DNA from: Eledone cirrhosa | Lineage: Eukaryota | Assembly (NCBI GenBank): GCA_964016885.1 | Contig: OZ024740.1 | Span: forward strand, 31,310,001 to 31,374,000 | Direction: 5' to 3' | Length of the DNA: 64,000 nt | Part shown: positions 1 to 11,107 of the stretch, one piece after another | How positions within the stretch are numbered: position 1 is the stretch's first letter | Layout: every line of letters starts with the position of its first letter | Program-made: the position numbers and the translations under genes | Notes under the pieces: generated by a model | Told to the model about the DNA's origin: nothing | Database searches by the model: none | The model's input: only the letters and a program-made list of their open reading frames with translations

Positions 1-500
1 TCCCAAAGACACTTTCAACTCACTCTCTGATTAATCTGATCAATTCTCAAGGTGCCTCATACTTTCTGCGAGTGCAAAATGCTCGCGGGACTGGGTTGAT
101 CCTCAGCTCGTAGCCAATTTAGGTGACTACTCATTTTGGATGAGCTTCACATCTCCATTACACTCAGAGTGGGAGCTGATGTCTGTAGGAGATTGAAATG
201 ATACGGCAGGTCCCTTGACTACATATCAGGTCATTTCGCTCGCTACGCCGGGCTAAACCTAATTATCCAATAGACCTTAAATTCTGGAGCTAGCTGGATT
301 GTCCAGGATTGATGGGAAGAGGCCAGATGGTTTTATACTTTTGTCCCTGGGTAAGAGGTAGATGTCTTGCACATTTTAATCCTGGCGAAGCCCATCTCTC
401 CAAGTCCGAACACAGCCGATTTCTTCTAGAGGAGGCGATAGAGAGTGACATAGAGGAAGAAGTAACCCTTGTACTGAAACTACTTTTTTTATTGACGTCA
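1..500 (+). mobile_element. Decayed 3' fragment of a restriction-like-endonuclease (CRE/R2-group-like) non-LTR retrotransposon
   Basis: Manual translation across frameshifts and stops gives DQFSRCLILSASAKCSRDWV..., LDELHISITLRVGADVC, GHFARYAGLNLIIQ, then LAGLSRIDGKRPDG followed by PWVRGRCLA. This matches the recalled GLSRxDGKRPDG..PW..G..L.WD signature of CRE-type C-terminal endonuclease regions. Confidence 0.7.
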
Positions 501-699
501 AAATGAAGAAATGTAATTTTAATCTTGGGCGGGATTTGAGCGCAGAGAGCAAAGAACTTTATCCAATGGTTTTACAAATATATATGATCTGCATTTGTTA
601 TTATATGTGTCTTGTTACCCCATAAATCACTTCATTATTTTTTTAAATGAGTCATAATGACTACAACCAGTTTCTTCTAGAATATAGGGGAGGAATCAG

Positions 700-772
700 T
701 CCAAGTACTGGACTGGTATCTATTTACACTGAAAGGATGAAAGGTAAAGTGGCCTTTGGCGGGAGTTGAAAT
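700..772 (-). mobile_element. tRNA-derived SINE fragment (core)
   Basis: Reverse complement matches the CTTTCATCCTTTC...TACCAG core of the intact SINE copies at 3229 and 21091. Confidence 0.55.
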
Positions 773-789
773 GAATACCACAAGACATT

Positions 790-1147
790 CTATTTGACAC
801 TCTGGAGAGAAATGAGGCAAGCTTGCTTTGATGGGTCTGCAATGCATAGACAAGCTGTGAAAGGGACTGGATAGATGTAGTGTGCAAAGGAGAAGACTGT
901 GTTGATATGGCCATGTGATGCATATGGATGATGAGCATTGGGTGAAGAAGTGCCAAACAATCCCAGTGGAAGGGAGCTGTGGTAGAGGGAGACCAAGGAT
1001 GACCTGGGCAGTGGTTGTCAGAGCTGATCTTAGATCACTGAATCTCACATATAATGAAAGACAGACAATTGGAGAGATGTTGTGCTGGAAAGAACCCATC
1101 CAACCCATACTAGTATGGAAAAGTGATGATGATGATGATAATGATGA
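790..1147 (+). mobile_element. RTE-clade LINE 3' fragment
   Basis: Encodes RNEASLL*WVC...YGHVMHMDDEHWVKKC...GRGRPRMTW (RTE C-terminus) and ends in a (GAT)n tail at ~1123-1147. Confidence 0.8.
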
Positions 1148-1920
1148 CCATTCTAATAACACTGCCAATTTGCCACCTTGCGACCATTATAATAGTAGTA
1201 AAAGAGACGGATGAAGCACAGTTTAAGCTGGAGTAATGTTTGTAGACATTATTTTTATGTAGTCTAGAATCATCATCATCATCATCATCTAAAAAAGAAT
1301 GTATGTGGAAAGATGTACTCTAATATATATTAGGGTTTTGTAAAGGTTTAACAGGCATTCTGTAAAAAAAGATGTCTTTTAAGACTGGAGAAATCTTTAA
1401 GGCTTAGGGTTAGCTTTAATTTCTTGGCATGAAGTAGATGAAATATAAATCTTTCCAGCTTAAAATGCTGGTTACAACACAATATCTGGTACCTATTCTA
1501 AACAGCAAGACTAAATGGGGCTTGTAGAATTAAGTGTACTCCAATGAACAATAGAATACCTGCAGTATATTTGAACTAAAAACATATAAACTGGTTATCC
1601 AATTGTCAATGGAAGCAGAGCCATAATTGGTCAAACTGTTACGAATAACAGCCAAATCTTTTTGAAATCACACTACAATTGCAAAAAAGAAAGGGCACAT
1701 TCATCACCATGGTCCCTGATATATAAGCTGGGACAACTTTTATCAAGGATCTGTTCAATCACTGATAACTAAGAACTACAACAAAACGTTTATATTATGT
1801 TCTACATAATATAAAATATTTTGTTTTCAAAATCACTTGGTACCATTTACTGCATATACATATTGTCTCTGATATACAAAAAGATATGGCAGAGACATAC
1901 CAGCCTTATATATGTATGTA

Positions 1921-2453
1921 TGTAGCGAAATCTGTCCACGCCTTGAACCTTGGATGACACCTAAAGGTCAAACTCTAGGTCACCACTCTTTTGGTGTGAA
2001 CAGGTTCATGTATGCGTGGGCTGTCCTCTCAAGGTGGGAGACAGAAAGCGACAGGTATATAAAGCCTGTATCATCCCACGTTTAAACAGAGATCGGAGCA
2101 TTACGCCTACAACAAGCTATGTAAAGATTCACCGCTACCTTCAGGCCTCAGTGGTCTACAGTCAATTACAGACCATTACTACCTCCCTCTTGGTCTCAGA
2201 CTAAACCAGACTCACGACGAGAACTACTACCACGGACTGCGACCACCAACAAACTTTATCTGGTCGCTCACTGTTTTCACATCAACAACAAAATAATATT
2301 GTCAACCTTCGCAACTACTGGTAACTTGTTTATCTTCTTTTTGACTCAAGTGAAGTAAACCTTTATATATAAACTAAAATCATTTATTATTGTTATTTCA
2401 TCTAATAACCATGTTAATCCATTTAACGATTACTTTTTACTGTGTCTCCTACA
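1921..2453 (+). mobile_element. Possible solo LTR
   Basis: 533 bp with inverted termini TGTAG...CTACA and an internal TATATAAA at ~2056. No target-site duplication is recognisable. Confidence 0.35.
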
Positions 2454-3015
2454 TGCCCAGCTTACAGTGTGGACTGTTGTGTCATCGACACAGTGGACAG
2501 AACGGGAGAGGGAAGATGGGGTGGGGTGTACATTGGGTTAAGAGGTGCCTACTGACTGTAGGTTTGTATGCAATGGCAGTCGGGTCATTGTCTTGGGGAG
2601 GTTTGAGTGAGCAAGGTCAGTTTTTATCACCTCGTCCCAGGTTATTCTTGGTCTACCCACTCCGTAGCTTCCATCAATTTTCATTGCCCCGTACTTTTTT
2701 ATACAGCTGTCGTTCTTCATATGCATCACATGTCCATACCAACGCAATCTCCTCTCCAGAACACAACATTTGATACCTCTTATGCTTAGTCTCTCTCAAT
2801 TCGTTTATGCTTCGCTGTTTGCTCACATTACTATTACACATACATCAGAGCATGCAAGCTTCATTTCTTTCTAATCTATGCATGTCTTCAGCACACAAAC
2901 CCAGGTCTCACTACCATGTAATATTGCCGTTCGTATACAAGCATCATACAATCTTCCTTTCACTTTTAGAGAAAAACCCCTTGTGGCCAACAGCGGTATA
3001 AGCTCTCTGAACTTT
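2454..3015 (-). mobile_element. RTE-clade LINE 3' fragment
   Basis: Minus-strand RWYGHVMHMKNDSCIKK...GRPRITWDEVIK; same family as the copies at 5424 and 19497. Confidence 0.85.
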
Positions 3016-3625
3016 TGTAACTGGTAGACATCAAAGTATCCTGAAGCATTCCAGATTACACCTGCTTGTCCAAGCAGAGTGTAAGCTGTGAAGAATAAGT
3101 ATGCATAATGGGTTTTTACAATAATTTATTCAGAAATGTTCCATTACATATGTTACAATGGGTTTGATGACTGTACTGTGTGTCAATCCAGCCTCTTTTT
3201 ATGGTCTTCCGAACATTATTTTTATCCACCCCAAGGGCGGTGAATTGGCAGTATCGGTAGAGGGTTGGACGCCATGTTTTCTAGCATAGTTACGTCCCTT
3301 TACAGTCTGAGTTCAAATCCCGCCGAGGTTAACTTTGCCTTTCATCCTTACGGGGTCGATAAAATAAAGTACCAGTAATGTACTGGGTAATTGCTGGTCT
3401 TGTGCCTAAAGTAGAAACAATTATTTTTATCCAACCCTGATTCTCTAGAGAACCCCGGATAGAGAGATAGAGGAACTGCTAAAATTCAATCTATCCTCTC
3501 TATAGAAAAAATATTCACTATATTCTCAGTTGCTCCCATTACTCACTCAATGAGACAAAATTGAATGTATAACCAATCTATCCCAGGGTGCTTACAATAT
3601 GTTATTCATAATGGGGCCAGTTATA
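3016..3625 (-). mobile_element. Possible solo LTR interrupted by a SINE
   Basis: Inverted termini TGTAACTGG...CCAGTTATA and AATAAA on the minus strand at ~3125. A SINE with a TSD is inserted inside. No flanking TSD seen. Confidence 0.35.
3229..3419 (+). mobile_element. Full-length tRNA-derived SINE with 14-bp TSD
   Basis: A-box-like TGGCAGTATCGG, B-box GAGTTCAAATCCC, core GCCTTTCATCCTTACGGGGTCGATAAAATAAAGTACCAG. Flanked by the direct repeat ATTATTTTTATCCA (3215-3228 and 3420-3433). Confidence 0.85.
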
Positions 3626-3860
3626 TCATCATCATCATCAGCATCATTTTACGTCCATTTTTCCCTGCTTGCAAGGGTGGGATGGGAACTGATTCTGGAT
3701 TGATTTCTACAGCTGGATGCCCTTCCTAACACTAACCTCATTTACAGTGAGTGCTGGGTGTTTTTTTTCCGTGGCGCCTACACGTCCACTATATATATAT
3801 ATACGGACACAATGTCCCACCCTTGCAAGCAGGGAAAACGCGGACGTAAAATGATAAATG
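3626..3860. mobile_element. Two RTE 3'-end fragments in inverted orientation
   Basis: (CAT)n tail plus TTTTACGTCCATTTTTCCCTGCTTGCAAGGGTGGGA on the minus strand, and its inverse TCCCACCCTTGCAAGCAGGGAAAACGCGGACGTAAAATGAT at ~3815-3855. Confidence 0.7.
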
Positions 3861-3864
3861 CAGC

Positions 3865-4548
3865 AATGAATCACGGGCTGGCAACTCAAGCTGGCTGTGG
3901 ACAAGTGTACCACCATGCATTTTGGGAGGAAAAACCCAGCATCCACATACTCCCTCTACAACATTAATCTCAAGCAGTCTCCTTGTGAACGTGATCTGGG
4001 CATTACGGTCAGCAGCAATTTGCGTTGGACAAAGCACATCTCTAAAATTGTCAAGAAGGCCAAGGGTGTCTTGGCATCACTCAGTAAGACCTTTGTCAGC
4101 CGCTCTCCAGCTATCTATTTAAAACTGTATATAGCTATGGTGCGACCACACTTAGAATTTGCATCACTAGTCTGGAACCCCTATCTTGCTCAGAATATTG
4201 ACCTGGAAACTGTTCAGAGATGTGAAACCAAGTGAATACCCTCTATCAGGCTTTTACCATACTCTGAACACCTTGCTTCCCTGGGCATAGATAAATTAAA
4301 GCTCCGACATCTGGCAACTGACTTGGTAGACACCCACAAAATTATTAACTATCTTTCCAACAACCTTGAGCACCTTTTTGAATTCCATGTGTCTAACTCA
4401 TGTGGACATGCCTACAAAGTCAGAAAACAGCACAGCTCCCATGACGTTCGGAAACATTTTTTCATGATCAGAGTTGCTGAAGCATGGAACAAACTACCTG
4501 CATCAGTTGTTAGCTGTCGAGACACTGCATCCTTCAAAACCTCCATGC
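3865..4548 (+). mobile_element. CR1/L2-group LINE 3' fragment
   Basis: KCTTMHFGRKNP...ERDLGITV...RPHLEFASLVWNPYL...LETVQR, then FFMIRVAEAWNKLP, typical of the CR1-group C-terminus. Contains stops and frameshifts. Confidence 0.85.
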
Positions 4549-4707
4549 TTTAATTGTATCTCTCTCTCTGTATAACACCCTATCTCTCTCTCCCTCTGTG
4601 TCTCTCTCTCTTTAGATGTGTGTGTATGTATTTGTGTGTGTGTGTAGTTTTCGTGTGATTCAACTAACCAACCAACCAATGAATAAACATCTTTCTTATA
4701 TATTATA

Positions 4708-5366
4708 CCAGCTGAGGTAACCGGCCTCACCCGGGAGAACAGTTAAGAGAAGACGGATAAAAGAGAAAATGACTGTATTGGATGTGTTGTCTGGTATGAG
4801 GTGAGACTGTAATGTGTGTGTGTGAGAAAGACATAAAAAAAAAATCATAAAACTTTCTTATTAGGCTGAGGGAGTAAACTGTCGATTAAATGGTAGCATT
4901 GGTCTTGGATTTTAAAAGTGAAATAACCATAGTCAATATGATCTTTTCAGCTCCAAAGGACGTCATCTGAAACACAGCAATATACCGCATAACATTGCTT
5001 CTGAAGTGTTGCTTTGTTAGTACGGTCTGTAAGTAGTATATGGATAAAAGCTGGAGGGTAGATTAATTTCAAATAGTATCAGTTTTTCTTTGTTCTGTAA
5101 AATCAAAGACTGTAAAACGACTTTATAAAAGCTAACGCAATATTGTTGAGCTTTCAACTAATATACTTTGATTTATAGTTTAAGCCGATTCTAGACTTTC
5201 GTGGGACGTCACTCTCTCTCTCTTTGAATATCTAACACTTTAATTGTATCTCTCTCTGTATAACGACCTCTCTCTCTCTCTCCCTCTCCCTCTGTTTCTC
5301 TCTCTCTTTAAATGTGTGTTTGTGTGGTTTTCGTGTGATTCAACCAACCAATAAACATCTTCCATT

Positions 5367-5375
<9 letters not shown>
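4708..5375 (-). mobile_element. Non-autonomous Helitron-like element
   Basis: Minus-strand 3' end CCCGGGTGAGGCCGG hairpin followed by TTACCTCAGCTGG|T (CTRR), and a TATAAATGG-type 5' end. Its 5' part (5239-5375) is duplicated immediately next to it at 4550-4706. Confidence 0.6.
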
Positions 5376-5407
<32 letters not shown>

Positions 5408-5446
5408 TATATATATATATATATCATCATCATCATCATCATCATC
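5371..5446. repeat. (TA)n plus (CAT)n microsatellite
   Basis: Seen directly; the (CAT)n tract is the tail of the adjacent RTE. Confidence 0.9.
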
Positions 5447-7326
5447 AACGTTTAACGTCCGTGTTCCACGCTTGCATGGGTTTGGACGGGGGTTTTCCCA
5501 CTTGAGGCAAGAGTGATTGTCTTGCTCGCATAGGACTGTCTGGCAGGTTTTCTACAGTTGGATGCCCTTCCTAACACCAACCACATTTACAGTGTGGGGC
5601 TGGGAGGTTTTTACCGTGTTGCCTACACGGCCACATTACAGCGTGGACTGTGTGTTTTTTTGTCGTGACACCTACACGACCTCATTTGTTTCGGCCTGGA
5701 TGGTGTGGCACCAACATAACTTTACATAGAAGGGGGCGGTGTGGATGGGGTGGGGGTGGTGGGACGGGGGTGTAGTTTGTTAGAGATGCCTACTGACTGT
5801 AGTAGGTTTTACTATGTATTTAGGTAAGGCAGGTCTTCTCTATTACTGAGTACCGCCAAAGGTCTCGGTCCAGTGACATTGTCTTGGAGAGGTGTAAGTG
5901 TGTGAGGTCGGAGTTTATCAGCTCGTCCCAGGTTTTTCTAGGTCTGCCTATTCCGTGGCTACTGTCTATCTTTATTGCCCTGCACTTTGTTATACAGCTA
6001 TCGACTTTCATGCGCATCATGTGTCCATACCAACGTAGCCTTCTCTCGAGTAAACAACATCTGATCCCTCTTATTTCTAATTTTTTCCTTAGTTCGTTTA
6101 TGCTTTGCCGTTCACGTATATTACTATTACACATCCAGCGGAGCATGCAAGCTTCGTTCCTCTCTAGTCTGCGTATATCCTCTGCACACAATGCCCAGGT
6201 CTCACTGCCATGCAACATTGCTGTTCGTATTCAGGCATCATACAACCTGCCTTTCATTTTTAGGGAGAACCCTTTAGCGGCTAATAGTGGTATAAGCTCT
6301 CTGAACTTTTTCCATCCAGTTCTGACTCAAGCTACTGTACTTTCAGAGCACCCTCCCCCACTGCTGATTTTGTTACCCAGGTAACGGAAGCTGTCCACTA
6401 TTTCTATAGAGCCCTCTGCGCAGTTGAAAGAGCTAGTATTTTGTGGCCACTTGCTGCTACTTATTGCACCAGAGCACCGGCCACATGTGAAATCTATATT
6501 CTTAGTTAGCTTACCTGTGATCCCACTACATCTTTTATGCACCCATACTTTGCATTTCTGACACAAAATGGAGTTTCTACCTACGCCTTTCCTACACACT
6601 GAGCATGGCCACTTCCCGGAAGGGACCGCCGCCTTATTTTCTTTCCTACAAACTAGAACTTTGGTCTTAGCCAGGTTAATTTTAAGGCCTTTTGATTCTA
6701 GGCCGTGCTTCCATGTTTGGAATTTCTTCTCTAGCTCGGCCATTGATTCAGCTACGAGTGTTAGGTCGTCTGCGTATAGGAGTTCCCATGGGCAGCCGGT
6801 CTTGAACTCCTCTGTTATAGCCTGAAGGGCAATAATAAATAGTAGGGGGCTGAGAACAGAGCCCTGATGGATGCCAACTTTTACGCTAAACTCTTCACTA
6901 TATTCGTTGTTAATTCTAACCTTGCTGACTGTTTCTTTATACATGGCTTGTATAGCTCTCACAAGCCATTCGTCGACACCTAGTTTTCTAAGAGCCCACC
7001 AGATAATGGAACGGGGGACTCTGTCGAAGGCTTTCTCCAAGTCGACAAAAGCTAAGTATAGGGGTTTACTTTTAGCTAGGTACTTCTCCTGTAGTTGTCG
7101 TACAATGAAAAGAGCGTCTGTGGTACTTTTGCCTGACACAAACCCGAACTGCATTTCATCTAGGTCAATTCTCTCTCTGATTAGTTGCGCTATTACTTTT
7201 TCCGTGACCTTCATGACCTGGTCGATTAATTTAATGCCTCTATAGTTACTCCTATCTAGGGCATCTCCTTTACCCTTATAACAGTTAACGATGATGCTGC
7301 TACGCCAGTCCTTCGGAACAACCCCA
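5424..7326 (-). mobile_element. 5'-truncated RTE-clade LINE with reverse transcriptase
   Basis: ORFs 6327..7454 and 5820..6218 contain NYRGIKL, QFGF, FVDLEKAFDRV, GIHQGSVLSPLLF, LLYADDL and LHGSETW...RWYGH...GRPRKTW. There is a frameshift near 6327, a 3' UTR with ~40-bp tandem repeats, and a (GAT)n tail. Confidence 0.92.
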
Positions 7327-7340
7327 TACATATATATATA

Positions 7341-8105
7341 TATACATAAATGGCAATTTCTGTCTGTTTGTGAACCTAAAACACAAAAACTACCAAACCG
7401 ATCTTGAAACTTGACACATGTGTGGGGCTCAGGCCCATTTGATTTCTTACGCATATTTCATTTTAATTAAAGTGTTCCCCGCTTAATTTTCTCCCTTCGA
7501 TTTATATGAAATTTAAACCATAGGTAAATGACAAGATATGATGCCTATTCACAAAATTTCAGCAAATTTCAATAATATTAAGACGCCCTATTGGTGGTTA
7601 AACCCCCTATAGTGAAGATTTTGGCCAATAAATGGAACAAGATTTCACAAACTCCACCTATGGTTTTGGAGATAGACCCCCATAACCATATATATTCTGA
7701 AACTACATTGCCCAGGGTACTTATATAAGTATATTTCATTTTAATCAAAGGGTTCCCCGGGGGCACAAAACCCCTGCTGAAAATTTTTTCCCTTCGATAT
7801 ATATGAAATTTAAACCATGGGTAAATGACAAGATATGATGCCTATTCACAAAATTTCAGCAATGAAACCCCCTAATGGGGGTTCTATTTTTTTCCTTATC
7901 GCAACACTCAACTTCTCTGACAAACATTTTTTTGCCTGACCAATGCAATCAACAATATTTGTTTGTATTAATGTTTCGTAAATGAATTTGTCTTCGCTTT
8001 TGATTATCTGTTATTTTGATTTCATTTTTGGTCTGAGAGGCATTGGTAATTTTAACGAGAACTGGGAATACCCCCGCTCCCGGGTATTACTGGGTACCTC
8101 AGCTA
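7341..8105 (+). mobile_element. Non-autonomous Helitron-like element, copy 1 of a head-to-tail pair
   Basis: 5' TACATAAATGGCAATTTCTGTCTGT and 3' CCCGGGTATTACTGGG hairpin followed by TACCTCAGCTA. Has an internal ~110-130 bp duplication (~7456-7563 vs ~7734-7862). Confidence 0.7.
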
Positions 8106-8618
8106 TACATAAATGGCAATTTCTGTCTGTTTGTTTGTTTGTGAACCTAAAACTCAAAAACTACCAAACTGATCTTGATGAAACTTGACACATGTGTGGG
8201 GCTCAGGCCCATTTGATTTCTTACGTACTTTGAAGTTCAAAAAAATTCCTGTCTGCATTGATTTTTTTAAAATGAATAGGAAATTTGTATGAAAATGCTC
8301 ATATGAATGTTATTTTCTGCCATAACGTTTAAAACTCTCAACCGATTTCCTTCAAACTTGAAACATACAGATTATGTGCCAAGGATGGCTTTTTGCTAAA
8401 GAAAATGATCCAGACCACTCGAGCAAAGCATAAGCTGATTTTTGATTAACTGATGAGCGAAATTTGGCTTCAGCTGTTGTGGGCTTAAAATGTTCTCCAT
8501 AAATCAACTTAATATTCTCTGCTTGCTGTAACATTTATTTTTGGTCTGAGAGGCATTGGGCATTTTAATGGGAACTGGGAATACCCCCACTTCCGGGTAT
8601 TACCGGGTACCTCAGTTA

Positions 8619-8619
<1 letters not shown>
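8106..8619 (+). mobile_element. Non-autonomous Helitron-like element, copy 2
   Basis: Same termini as copy 1 (3' CCGGGTATTACCGGGTACCTCAGTTAG|T) but a different interior. Confidence 0.7.
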
Positions 8620-8656
<37 letters not shown>

Positions 8657-8747
8657 AGAGAGAGGGAGAAATATATATATGTATGTATACACACACACAC
8701 ACACATATGCATATATATGTACATATGCACACACACATATATATATA

Positions 8748-9634
8748 TGAGGTGGGTCAGAAAAGTTCCACAAAAGATTTATTTCAAACCCAAATTTCAC
8801 ACTAAGAGTTTTCTCCTTCAAAGTAATCCCCCTGGAGTCTAATGCACTTTTCCATCCTTTTCTGCCACGCTTGCATGCACTCCTGGAAGGATTCTTCCGG
8901 GATCCTCCGCAATTCCGTCGTCACAGCCTTTTTGATGTCGTCCACATCTTCAAAACGGGTCCCCTCTGGGTCGTACTCGAAGATCCATGACTCATTACCG
9001 GTGATGACTGTCCCTAGCAAGTCTGGTTCGGTTTCAAGACGCTCGAGGATGTCCTGGCACACTTGCATGCGTCGACCCTTCTGGTCATCGTTCAGCAGTT
9101 TTGGCACCATCTTCGCACAGACTTTCCACATGTCCAAATCTTCAGTGAGAATCTTCCAGACGCTGTCCTGATTCATGCCCAGCTCATTTGCCATCAGTCG
9201 AACAGTCAGCCGACGATCGCTACGCACCATCTGCCTGATGCGCTCAGCATTGACCTCAGTCCTGGTTGTTGAGGGCCTTCCACTCCTGGGGTCATCTTCC
9301 ACGTCCTCGTGTCCTTCTTTAAACTTCTTGCACCACTCAAAAACACGTGAGCGTGACATCGTCTCATCTCCATACACTTGCTGCAGCGGAGTTTTCCCCA
9401 ACCGCACCAGAAACTTCAAGTTTGTTCATTGCTCTGTGCTCATTTCTTGACGACCTGAAACAGAGGACATGTATATAAAATTATGAAGAAAAAAGTTTGA
9501 TTGCTGCAGAGAGCTAAGATTACATTTACATACTCCAGGGGGATTACTTTGAAGGAGAAAACTCTTAGTGTGAAGTTTGGGTTTGAAATAAATCTTTTGT
9601 GACATCAGTCCTGGAACTTTTCTGACACACCTCG
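8748..9634 (-). mobile_element. Internally deleted mariner (Tc1/mariner) element
   Basis: TA-flanked TIRs (8748-8838 / 9532-9634). ORF 8802..9419 has the mariner HTH (EDDPRSGRP, RLTVR), MVPKLL (WVPHEL-like), ITGNESW (first catalytic D mutated) and C-terminal GDYFEG. The middle of the DDD domain is absent. Confidence 0.9.
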
Positions 9635-9739
9635 TATATATATTAAATATTTATACTTTGCTATGTATTGAGTACCTTACTTACTGTGATTACTCCCGAT
9701 TGAACCTGGGATACACACACATATCTATATATATATATA

Positions 9740-10887
9740 CAAGCTGCAGTACCCGGTAATACCCGGGAAAGGTGGGGATCATTTGCAGTTCCCAGAGTGC
9801 ACCAGAAAATGCTAGTGACCCTGGGTGCCCATGCTGAATTTTCAATAGCAACCTTTGCTAGGTGTGTTATGGCAGATCAATTTTTTGTTTGGAACTATCA
9901 ATAGCTGTTTAAGTCATAAGTCCTTCTTCCATCCAGTTTTCTTCATTCAGAATGAATAAACCGGGCAAGTTTGAGCTCGAAAAGTATCGAACTTATTCAA
10001 CAAACTTATGTATAAGAATAGCAAACTTACTGCTTTAGTGCTCAAGAACAAACACAGAACAATTGAAGAAGTCATCGCAATTATTGAAGAAATTATAACC
10101 AAGTGAACATATTCAGGTACTGTTCAAGTACCCTGTATATCACTGTTTGTAAAGCCTTTCGAATGATTGAAGCAATTCAATAAAATAATAGACATAACCC
10201 GAGAAAACACATCATAATAAGTCAGATAAACAATCAGAAGTGTTGGCCCTAAAGAGATCCTTGTAACGTTCACTGTTGCAAAGTGTCAATAATGGGGCAG
10301 AAGTTACATCTTCTTAATTCGTGTTAATCTTCCCATCATCCGACACCCCAAAATATCGACAAAATAAACTTTACTCTCAAAGACGGCATGTTACAATTAA
10401 CATGCCTGGAGTACGAACATTCGTCAAGAAAAAGATTTGGGTTTTATTCTTCGGACTAATTTCAGTGGATGTGATATATATATATATATATATATATACA
10501 TACATACAGAGACATCTGTTCAATTGTCAATCAAAATTAGATTGTTGTCTGCTTTGTTTGAAATTTCTTTATGTACTAATAAGTTGTTGCCTCGATTTGG
10601 AGGACTGAGTTGTGGGAGGAGGAAGGGGAGTAGTGGGAGAGAGGGTTTAACATACAGTAGTAGTATCTCCTCTTCCCCCTCTCTCACCGAAACATCTTTT
10701 TCCTTCTCCATTGTAAAGATGTCCCCAGGGGTTCCATTATTGATTTTTATAGAAATCCAATTACCTAGTCCTGTTTCTAAATATAGCTTAACATGTGTGT
10801 AAAGTTTCATCAGGATCAGATCACTGGTGTAGGCGCTAACTGGTTATACACAGATACACAGACAGACAGAAATTGCCATTTATATAG
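9740..10887 (-). mobile_element. Non-autonomous Helitron-like element, same family as 7341-8619
   Basis: Minus-strand 5' CTATATAAATGGCAATTTCTGTCTGTCTGT and 3' CCCGGGTATTACCGGG hairpin followed by TACTGCAGCTTG|T. Inserted in (TA)n. Confidence 0.7.
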
Positions 10888-10906
10888 CATATATATATAT
10901 ATATAT

Positions 10907-11107
10907 ACTGAATAGTGATAACTATCAAACATCCAGACAATATTTGGTAAAACTGTTTTGCATCAAGTGAATTCTATTGCTCTTCAGCGGATGTAGGAAT
11001 TAGTAAACCTTTCACTTCTAGGTTTCTTAGAAGATTAAATGAAGTGTGTGTTTAGAATAAGTTTTACCAAAGACTGTCTGGATGTTTGATAGTTATCACT
11101 ATTCAGT
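10907..11107. repeat. ~48-bp inverted repeat, probable Penelope-like pseudo-LTR remnant
   Basis: 10907-10954 is the near-perfect inverse of 11060-11107. The left arm overlaps a hammerhead-like motif. Confidence 0.65.
10930..10993 (-). ncRNA. Degenerate type I hammerhead ribozyme motif
   Basis: Minus strand reads CATCCG-CTGAAGA-GCAAT..ATGC-AAAA-CAGT-tttaccaaat-ATTG-TC-TGGATG. Stems I-III are present; the core GAAA appears as AAAA. Confidence 0.55.

Noticed and set aside
3229-3330. tRNA gene
   Set aside because: Has A/B boxes but no complete cloverleaf; it is the head of a dispersed SINE with a TSD.
8450-8463. CTGATGAGCGAAA hammerhead-like core
   Set aside because: No room for stem II, and no stem I/III complementarity found.
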